From: Octopus sinensis
Taxonomy: Eukaryota
Direction of reading: 5' to 3'
Assembly (NCBI RefSeq): GCF_006345805.1
Contig: NC_043005.1
Span: forward strand, 51,646,001-51,710,000
Length of the DNA: 64,000 bases
In this document: piece after piece, positions 54,870 to 64,000 of the stretch
Layout of the letters: each line of letters begins with the position of its first letter
Numbering within the stretch: position 1 is the stretch's first letter
Made by a program: the position numbers and the translations under genes
Notes under the pieces: model-generated
Database searches by the model: none
Told to the model about the DNA's origin: nothing
What the model saw: the letters and a program-made list of their open reading frames with translations, nothing else

Positions 54870-55165
54870 GGTCAAGTGTCTCTGCTGCTGTAGCCTCGGG
54901 TCGACTAAAGCCTCGTGAGTGGATTTGGCAGACGGAAACTAAAAGAAGTCCGTCGTATATATAATGTATATGTCTGTGTATGTGTCTTTGTGTCTGTGTT
55001 TGTCCCCCCATAACAATTTGACAATCGGTGTTAGTGTGTTTACGACCCCGTAACTTAGGGGTTAATGAAAGAGGCTGATAGAATAAATATTAGGCTTAAA
55101 ATTTATTCGACTAAAACCCTTCAAGACAGTGGTTCAGCATAGCCGCTGTCAGATGACTGAATCAA
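54870..55165 (+). mobile_element. 5'-truncated SINE family A
   Basis: gtgagtggatttggcagacggaaactaaaagaagtccgtcg. Confidence 0.75.
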
Positions 55166-55364
55166 GTATATATGCATACATACATACATACATACATAAA
55201 TACATACATACATACATACATACATACATACATACATACATACATACATACATGCATACATACATACATATATACATACATATATATATATACTCCGAGT
55301 AACAGCTTTTGTTATATTTCTGCTGCTTTTAAGTAATATATATATACACACACATATATGTATA

Positions 55365-55620
55365 TATATCACGTGATCACGTGATCACGTGACCGACCAG
55401 ACCATCAGATGTTGTTACACATCGCTGGTCACAATGCGTTCGCATTGTTTTAGCCTTCGGATGACGCCACCCCGCTGGCTAAGCGAGCAGGCCAATAGAA
55501 GAAAGAGTGGGAGAAAGAGCGGTGAAAGAGTACAGCAGGAATCACCAACCCCTGTCGGAGCCTCGTGGAGCTTTTAGGTGTTTTCGCTCAATAAACACTC
55601 ACAACGCCCGGTCTGGGAAT
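55365..55620 (-). mobile_element. SINE family D variant; its 3' segment also occurs at 33785-33905
   Basis: gttttcgctcaataaacactcacaacgcccgg shared with ~22380; atcgctggtcacaatgcg...cgcattgttttagccttc shared with ~33830. Confidence 0.75.
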
Positions 55621-55689
55621 CAGAAAAAAATATATATGAAGAAATTGGGGTGGTGAGGGAGAAAATTTAAATAGAGAATGTGTTTTTTC

Positions 55690-56300
55690 GTGGACTTTGG
55701 TAGTCATGACACTTGCATAACCATAACCCCATCCGACCTTATATCTCCTTTTCGTTACTCCGGTGAATAGCATCTGCTCGTAATGTGCCTCAATACCTAC
55801 CTCTTTATATTCTATACTCAAAAACAAATTTCTACTACTTTCATTATCATCCTACAATTTTCTTCATCTCTTTAACAACCTGATTAACGATATACTTTAT
55901 CGCTGTCCCAGATAAAGTCGTCTAAAAATGTGTTAAGAACTGGTATAAATGTGTTAAGAGTGGTATACTTTTTCACCTTGTCGTCCGATTTGTATATCGA
56001 CTTCAGTCAATGGGGGAAACATTTTTCTACACGTCAGACAAGGGCTACTTCTAATTGGCTTTTGATAGCCTGAGAATATCACCTGTGTTTTTCGAAATGC
56101 AGAGGTAGGCTATCGTCTTTCTTCACACTGTTCGACAGGAGCTTCTTTATAGCTACACCACCTCTTGTCACGCAACCCTACCACGCCGACTCTTTTCTTT
56201 CCGACAATTCATATCCAGAGCCCTTTTATTTGAAACTGCTTTAACGCACAAAAGAAAGGTAGCTCGTCTTTGCTATCTTTAAATTCAAACTCTCTCTTTA
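55690..56300 (-). pseudogene. Probable decayed Merlin/IS1595-type transposase
   Basis: Minus-strand fragments in the expected order: GSGYELSERK, KIVG..KVVEI, RGR, EQMLFTGVTK (cf. IGG...VEIDES...RGR...WVFGGVER); heavily frameshifted. Confidence 0.4.
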
Positions 56301-56877
56301 TTCTTTTGCCAGGTAAAATACACGTTTGTGTTATTGCTAACGTTGTTGCAGCCATTGTCATTCGAGCAAATGGCACTGTCTATTTTAGTCACAAAATAAG
56401 CAGTTTTCTGATTTTAAAATACTGTTTTCTATTGAGAAATCCAAAATGTTTACTTTTTACTGTTTAGAGCTCGTAAAAGCATGCTAGTTTCCGTAATTTT
56501 TGGTAGAGAGAAAATGTTTTTACATGTTGCAGTCATATTGTTAGTCTACGAATTGAACATTTTTCATCACAAATTAAGCTCGTTTTCTCAAAACGGTGGA
56601 ATCAAATTTTTCCACTTGATTTCCCTCGCTAAAAACGCATGATCCCAAATTTCCCCTGCAGATAAATTACTATAAAACACGCTATATTTTATCTGTATCT
56701 CAGACACTATTTTTATGAGTTCGTTTATATCACATAGTTTCAAGGTTAACAACAACGATTGGATATTTAGTTATATGATGAGATGTGTAGGTGCAGAGTC
56801 ATCAAAAGAAAGAATTAATATTAACGACTGCAAAGTATATGAATACGCAAATAAAAACTATAACTATCAGCATTCCG

Positions 56878-56984
<107 letters not shown>

Positions 56985-56985
56985 A

Positions 56986-57017
<32 letters not shown>

Positions 57018-57045
57018 GCCTATCTATCTATCTATTTATCCATCC

Positions 57046-57100
<55 letters not shown>

Positions 57101-58262
57101 CATTCATCTATCTATCTACCTATCTATCTATCTATGAATATATATTCTCTCTCTCTCTCTCTCTGTATGTTTGTGTGAGTGTGGGAGGGGCGTGTGTGTA
57201 GGTGCGTGTGTGTGTGTATGTGGGTGTGTGGGTGTGTGGGTCTGTGTGTAAAACTGCATGTTTGTGCGTTGACGTCTTTGAAGTAATACTCCCGTCATAT
57301 TTCAAAGAAATGATCCGCATTTATCTGATCATGTAACAAGTAGTGAGTTGTGTGACGTCATATTAGTTTCTAAAGAAAGTAATTCAATGTACACACTTTT
57401 TCAGCAGACAATTTTTAAAATCTATACTAAGTAATATTATGACTCTAGAACTAGTAATGAAAATTTATACTAACATTCGTCTTTGATCTTTTCTCTATAG
57501 CTACCATATTAATCAGACAGAAATAGCAAACATACCAACATAATATAAAAAGAAAAGAAATTGTGAAAAAAACAAAATTAAAAAACAAAACGAAAAATCA
57601 TGATAAACAACGAGGATTATCTTTTTGTCCTCTGCAATTTTGATTCCGTCGCAATTAACCTTTGGTGTTTGCATTTTGAAGAAAAATATGTCTGAATTTT
57701 TTTAATACATGTATGGGGAAATTGATTTTTTTTTACCTGCTTCTCAATAGAATATGAATAAAATTTAACAATTTTATAAGCTACTAAACCATTGCTACAA
57801 AAAAATATCATGCCAATAAACAGAAAGACATAAACGTTAAAAATAAAATAAAATAAAATAAAAATACGAATAGACGAGACTAAACAAAATAAAATGATGA
57901 CCAAAACATGGGAAATACTTTGAAATTTAAATGTTAAAGAAAGTAATTTTTGGTTTTCAAATTTTGTAAAGAAAATTAATCGTTTGAAAACAAAAATGTC
58001 CGCTCTATATAAAAGAAGATGAATAGAGGAGTCGGATGTATCAAACAAAGTGATTTTAACCTCTGTCGGAATCATATTTATTTACGCACGAGTATGTTTT
58101 GTGGCCTTCTATGGACACAAGCTTACATACAAGAAAAGAGACAACTATATCACCGGGGTTAAAATCTGAAAAGGCAAGAAGTGTTCCTCAGAAATTATAA
58201 GACTTTTATATGCAATTTCATTATAATTATAACTGATCTTCAGAACTACGCTTACAATACGT

Positions 58263-58344
58263 GGCAGCGTAGCGGAGCGGTCTAAGTCGCTGGTTTAAGG
58301 CACCAGTCTCTTTGGAGGTGAGGGAACGAATCCTATCGTTGCTA
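58263..58344 (+). pseudogene. tRNA-Leu(AAG) pseudogene
   Basis: 82 nt; GGCAGCGT..GAGCGGTCTAAG..CTGGTTTAAGGCACCAG, long variable arm; T-loop TTC mutated to AAC, with about a dozen changes from the canonical sequence as recalled. Confidence 0.85.
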
Positions 58345-58553
58345 ACGCAAAGCTGTTTGGTAAGTAGTTTTCTTTCACATCGTTTGGATTCAGGTTCAGC
58401 CCTACTGCGTAGCACTTTCAGAAAGTGTCTTTTACTGAAAGGAGCCTTCTTACACACACACACATGTATATTCGCACACATATGCACGTCTATCTACCAC
58501 TTGACAACTGACAAAAATCCTTGATGTATTTAATCATACGGTAGAGTCTCATA

Positions 58554-58948
58554 TCTTTATATATAAAAGTAAGTTTGTGTGTCTGTCTCCTACGATTTAG
58601 ATTCCTAACTACTCCCACATTTTGCGGTGCAGTGTAACCAAAACCGAGTATCTTATAGTCGTGATTCATATCGAGCCCTTCTGGGTATTAGCGCGCGTCT
58701 ACGATGAGTCTACGATTAAAAAAAAATTACCATAATTTTTTTCCATTTTAATGCATTTTTTTCGCTATTAAATAAGGGAAGTAACTCTCTAAAAATGTCT
58801 ACGATGAGTCAACGATTCTTAAAAAAATTTACCATCATTTTTTTCCATTTTAATGCATTTTTTTGCTATTTTTTGGCTATAACTCTCTAAAAATGCTTAT
58901 ATAGTTATTTCCCTTACAAACCCGAGCAATGCCGGGCGATACTGCTAG
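58554..58948 (+). mobile_element. Non-autonomous Helitron
   Basis: A|TCTTTATATATAAAAG...CCCGAGCAATGCCGGG hairpin, 8 nt, CTAG|T; no TSD; internal ~90-100 bp tandem duplication. Confidence 0.85.
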
Positions 58949-59189
58949 TAAGTAATAAAACGATCTTTTTAACAAAGGTAACCCGAGCTGGTAGAATCAT
59001 TAGCTCGTCGGTCTAAGGCTTAGTGATATTTCCTTCTAGCTCTACGTTCTGAGCTCAAAATTCCTCTGAGGTCAACTCTTCTTTTCATCCTTTTAGGCTC
59101 GATAAAATAAGTACCATATGGGAACTAGGGTCGATATAATCGAGTAATCTTCGCATCCCACAAACTTCCACGTCTTCTGCCTATGATAA

Positions 59190-59527
59190 AAAGGGTTAAG
59201 ACCCCGCTTCAGTCAAGAATAACCATGGGATTGCACCTAGAAAGACCCCCTCCAAGACACAAGTCAGAGCAATGTTGCATATGGAAAACCAGTTGTCGCC
59301 CATCTATACCAGCCTTCCCTCTCCATGCCACTGATGTTATCCAAGGCAGAGGCAAAGGCCAATATATCCTGGCACCAGTGACGTCGCAATTCATTTCTGA
59401 AAGAATTGGAGAAACGTGAAATAAAGAGTCTTGCTCAAGAACACAACACATAGCTTGGTCCGGGAATCGAACTCGCTACCTCATGAGTGTGAGCCCGTTG
59501 CTCTAATCACTGAGCCGTATGCCTTCA
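59190..59527 (-). mobile_element. SINE family C
   Basis: Similar to 45912-46244. Confidence 0.85.
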
Positions 59528-59583
59528 ATGCCTGTCGTTGGAGGAAAATCATATTTCTTTTTATGTATGCTTGATTTAGTGAT

Positions 59584-59817
59584 CCTATTTCTTTACTACC
59601 CACAAGGGGCTAAACACAGAGAGGACAAACAAGGACAGACAAACGGATTAAGTCGGTTACATCGACCCCAGTGCGTAACTGATACTTAATTTATCGACCC
59701 CGAAAAGATGAAAGGTAAAGTCGACCTCTGCGGAATTTGAACTCAGAACGTAACGGCAGACGAAATACGGCTACGCATTTCGCCCCGCGTGCTAACGTTT
59801 CTGCCAGCTCGCCGCCT
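59584..59817 (-). mobile_element. SINE family B, full length
   Basis: cctatttctttactacccacaagggg...tctgccagctcgccgcc. Confidence 0.9.
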
Positions 59818-60513
59818 CTGATTTAGTCATCCAACATGAATAAAACGCCAGTCAACATACTCGAATTTTAATTGCATGCTGTTATTCACAATGGCAGTAC
59901 TGGAGGAACAACAGAATCAATTGAAGGACTGAATATATTGCCTAGCTGCGTTTATTTACCTCTATTTGTTTTCTAAATTCAAATATCGCACAGAAATACG
60001 GTTCCTCGAGTCGATAAAAATGTACCTGTCAATCTCGAAATCAATACAATACAATTTACGTCCTCTCCCAGCCAAATTATACTTTTGGTGCATATATTAA
60101 AAAAATACTTATATTTATCTCTCTAATGTCAAATACTTTAACATGAGTACTGAATAAATATTGATTTTATACATAGCTACATACTTACATTTTTAATGAC
60201 AATAAACAATCGATTATTGATCTCAGTGATTGTCTGGTACTTAGTCTTATGGACCAGTGAAAGATAAAAAAAAGGCAAATTAGAGCAGGCGTGGATGTAT
60301 GGCTAAAAAGCAAGGTGTGCAATCACGTGGTTTCCGGTTAAATCCTGCACAGCACATTGAGGGAATGTTTACTAAAGCCTAGGAGCAGCCAATGCCTTGT
60401 GAGTGGATTCGATAGACGGAAATTGTGTGGAAGTCTATCATTTATATATATATATATATTTCATTTTGGGATTTGGTTTGCAAGATTCTTTATATGAGTT
60501 CGTGTGTTGAAGC

Positions 60514-60699
60514 ATATTCTGTTGTGTCTGGGGAAAGTCCTTTTTTTTGTGCCTTACAATGTAACACACTCACCGGTAAGGTTGCAAGACGCAACGAAAA
60601 TTTTAGGAGAATAAAAATATGAAATAAGTGGAAATTTTAATGGTGAGTGTGTTACATTGTAAGGCACAAAAAGAAAATGACTCTCCCCAGACACACAGA

Positions 60700-60703
<4 letters not shown>
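60514..60703. repeat. Inverted repeat, ~61 bp arms with ~67 bp spacer, inside the (TA)n of a decayed family A SINE
   Basis: ttgtgccttacaatgtaacacactcacc / ggtgagtgtgttacattgtaaggcacaa. Confidence 0.85.
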
Positions 60704-60736
<33 letters not shown>

Positions 60737-60833
60737 ATATATATTATATAATATATTATATATATATATACCTTTATATATGTATTTATATATATTTTTA
60801 TGTATATCTATTATATATAAATACACAAAAAAC

Positions 60834-60868
<35 letters not shown>

Positions 60869-60989
60869 ATATATATGTATATACATGCGTGTACGTGGAC
60901 ACGCCTATAGTAATATGTTAAAATATGGCACAGGAGAACTCAGAACAACTATAGAGAAAACATGAGAAAACTCAAGGAACATGGATACG

Positions 60990-62275
60990 CTCAACCCACA
61001 TCAGTTAAAAAAACACGGACGGGTCATTCGAAGCCTTTTATCTTCAGTCAAGAACCGGATCATCCTCGCAATTTCGGATGATTAATCTTGAGATTGCTCT
61101 AATCTGGCCAGCCCCAAGGAAAGACTAAGAGCATTAAATTCCTAGGAAATAAGCAACGAATGTATACGAAACAAGGATGAAAAAGCAGACGATGTTACAC
61201 GAATATAAATACAAAATACAATAAAAAAAGCAATAATAATAATAAGAGGACATAACAACAGGCGTCTTTCGACTGGGAACGAATTGAATTCAGCTAGCTT
61301 GTATGGAAATTAAGCCTTACAGCAGAGGGAAGTATATCGACGTGGCAGTGACTACAGTCAAACGCAAAAGGGTTAGCAGTCGGCCAACGGTCACGTGAAA
61401 AGAGAAGAGAGAGAAAAAGGGGAACAAAAGAATTAAGAAGGGGAGAAGAGAGAGAGAGAGAGAGAGAGAGAAGAGAGCGAGAGAGAGAGAGAGTGTGTAG
61501 AAGAAGTAAATAGACTGAAGAATCAAGGAGTGGCGAGAAAAAAAGAGAGGCAGGGACATAGTTAAGTGCAAAGTAAGAAAGGCAAAGAAATGTGAGAGAG
61601 AGGGAGGAGAAAGAGTTGAAAGATAGATAGATAGATACAGGGTTGGCCTAAAGGCATCTAACATCTAAAGTCATCTGACAGTAAATCAAAATTCCATAAA
61701 TATTTAATATTCAATTTTATTTATTCATGCCAATTATGAATATTTAATAATTGAATGCTGTGAGTTAAAATCACCGTTTATTTTCAACATTTGTCTATTT
61801 ATTCGCAAAGTCTCATAAAATAATTTATTGTTTTAATCTTGGAATTAAATCGTTTTGATTTACTGTCAGGTTACTTTTGGCCAATCCTGTGTGTGTGTGT
61901 ATATATATATATATTAAGGTATGTAGAAAAATACAACATGGACAAGAACGTATAACTCTTAGAGGACGATACAATAAACACGGACAGGACATTCGAAACC
62001 CTCAGTCTTCAGTCAAGAACCGGATCATCGTAGTAATTTCGGCTGATTAATCTTGAGATTACTAGATCACGGCCAGCCCTCCAAGAAAAACTAAGCAACG
62101 AGCATTAGAAAAACTAAGCTGGGAGCGTAGATTTCCTGGAAGAAGGATCGAATGCATACGAACACCAGGACAGCAAAAGGGACAGATATAAAAAACAAAA
62201 AACAATAATGGAATACAGAAACATGAAATACAGAAGCATTAACGGTGAAAACAACAACAAGTGTCTTACGACTGA
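60990..62275. repeat. Two diverged direct copies of a ~280 bp repeat (~61010-61270 and ~61975-62270)
   Basis: Shared aaacacggac...cattcgaa...tcttcagtcaagaaccggatcatc...aatttcgg.tgattaatcttgagatt. Confidence 0.75.
61638..61889. mobile_element. Tc1/mariner-like MITE
   Basis: TA|cagggttggcctaaag ... cttttggccaatcctg|TG; subterminal inverted ctgacagtaaatcaaaa. Confidence 0.7.
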
Positions 62276-62398
62276 TAACAAGCAAACAAATTTTTATATA
62301 TATATATAGGGAGAGTTTACGAAAAAAACAAAAGACGAAGACAGGTGGTGTTGAAAACAAACAGATGTATTAGTATAACGCTCAGGAATAGAAAAAGT

Positions 62399-62434
62399 CT
62401 TTTACGTTTCAAGCCTACGCTCTTCTACAGAAAG
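62399..62434 (-). ncRNA. Ultra-minimal hammerhead-like motif within a pLTR-like fragment (62310-62490)
   Basis: CUUU-CUGUAGA-A-GAGC(GUAG)GCUU-GAAAC-GUA-AAAG; A6U variant; no helix III loop. Confidence 0.5.
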
Positions 62435-62819
62435 CGACACAGAAAAAGGAGAGAAAAAAATGTGTGTAGTGGCTAACGATCTATCATGGCGAACACACGC
62501 GCACACGGAGCAGAGATAAGGGATTTGCGTATATCTCTCAATATAGACGTATATGTGGTTTAAATATGTATATATGTCGATCACCACAGTTGTTGGACTA
62601 AGTGCAGAAGAGCAAAAAGTTTGTAAGCTCATCAAGATTGTTTAAGAGATAAGGGAAGAATCGTAGACTATTGGGGTAAGAATCGTTATTCGGAGTGCGT
62701 ACGCGTTTTAGTGATTTTGTCCTGTGTGTCCGTGCGTGTTCCTTGACATTTTATACTCGAACTAAAGAGAAGACTAATTAAGGAATTTTGGGGGTGTAGA
62801 CACATATGGATATACGACA

Positions 62820-62850
<31 letters not shown>

Positions 62851-62972
62851 ATATATATATATTACATATATATGTATATACACATATATAACATAGGTAA
62901 ATGTATATACGCATGCACATACATACACAAACACACACACACCCACACACACACAACACACACACATACAAC

Positions 62973-63021
<49 letters not shown>

Positions 63022-63330
63022 AAACACACACATATATATATAATATATATATATATTATATATATATTACAGATACACACATTTCCATTAAAGTGTAGTT
63101 ATGGAAAAATTTTAGCTAGAAGAAGGAAATAATAGGGCAGTGTATGGGAAAAAGGTGTTAGGAAAAGATGTAAAGAAACAGTTACTTAATAGTTCATGGG
63201 AAGGTGAACAGGAAAGATCAAAAGAAAAACGTTAAAATGTAAATGCGCGCATATAGCTAAATTGAAAGGTTTGTAGATGTGAGTATATTTGCATATATGA
63301 GTGAGATTGAGAACAACGTTATTCAAGTTG

Positions 63331-63729
63331 TTAGCGATTTGGTTTACATGAATGGCTTAAGGTTTTAAAAAATTTGTGGTTATTCAGAAGTTGTGTGTCT
63401 GATAACAGGATATGGGTTGCCTCCTCGGTGCACACATGGCATGGTCCCCTTCTGCTCGTGTATGGGGTTGCGTGTTTTATCACACTCAAATAGAGCGAGT
63501 TCCTGATGCTTGAGTTTTTCAATTGCCATAACTACTTCGGTAGGGTTGTCGAAAGTGCTACTTTTGAGTTTCTGAATGAATGTAAGCGTGTGTAGTATCG
63601 TTTTTGAAGGAATTGGCCGTGCTCCTTAGCTGTTGTAGAAGTGATAACCTGACACCTGTAGACGATGCTTTTGGCGAGGCAATTTCTATTCAAAGGGCGA
63701 TCCAGCGATTTTCTACAGTTACAAGTTTT
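63331..63729 (-). pseudogene. Penelope-like element (Neptune-type) GIY-YIG endonuclease domain, disrupted
   Basis: KTCNCRKSLDRPLNRNCLAKSIVYRCQV...[YIG lost, frameshift]STANSFKKRYYTRLHSFRN...TTLPK*LWQLK...PYTSRRGPCHVCTEEATHILL...LLN; matches CNCR..CPL.G.C / VY / FK.R / C.LC..E..LN motifs. Confidence 0.85.
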
Positions 63730-64000
63730 AGTTATCGGAAGTAGACCGGTTTCGGAAGAGTTGAGTCAGATTGGAAGCTATTCTGGACGTTGGGCATTTT
63801 ATGTTGGTTCATATTTTTCTTGATCTTAAAGTTGTTAATGACGGCGATATTGTGAGCATGGTTGGTGGTTGCCGGCAAAGTTAGCGGGAGTAAATTCTCG
63901 AACTCCACATAATATTTGCTTTTCCCAGTGTCATCTCTTCGTTTCTATTACAACTCTATACTCATAAAACGCGTTCTGGACCATATCAATATTGATTACA

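Noticed and set aside
61020-62060. CUGAAGA/GAAA motifs in the two ~280 bp repeats
   Set aside because: Helix I could not be formed in either copy.

Overview
Eukaryotic, AT-rich, microsatellite-saturated genomic DNA with no recognisable intact protein-coding gene. The tRNA-derived SINE families and the (TA)n/(TATC)n/(CA)n load look like an octopus (coleoid cephalopod) genome; this is an inference. Almost all listed ORFs are translated simple repeats. Contents: four SINE families; remnants of RTE, L1/Tx1, R4/Dong and Penelope-like (GIY-YIG) retroelements; two non-autonomous Helitrons; hAT and Tc1/mariner MITEs; a probable Merlin relic; and a tRNA-Leu(AAG) pseudogene. The standout is a 7.6 kb array (13330-20964) of 19 near-identical ~398 bp units plus a partial unit. 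Each unit carries a type I hammerhead ribozyme fold (ATCTTA-CCGAAGA-GCCT...AGGC-GAAAC-TGCA-GTC-TAAGAT) with a U4C core variant and a palindromic helix III, so it resembles a retrozyme or circRNA-generating satellite. At least seven further hammerhead-like motifs occur in other short elements, most embedded in (TA)n tracts. Several of these elements and the array share a CTAG-stem 3' hairpin, and several form fold-back palindromes, suggesting a (TA)n-targeting, Penelope-mobilised ribozyme element system. All folds were assigned by eye; coordinates of degenerate repeats are approximate.
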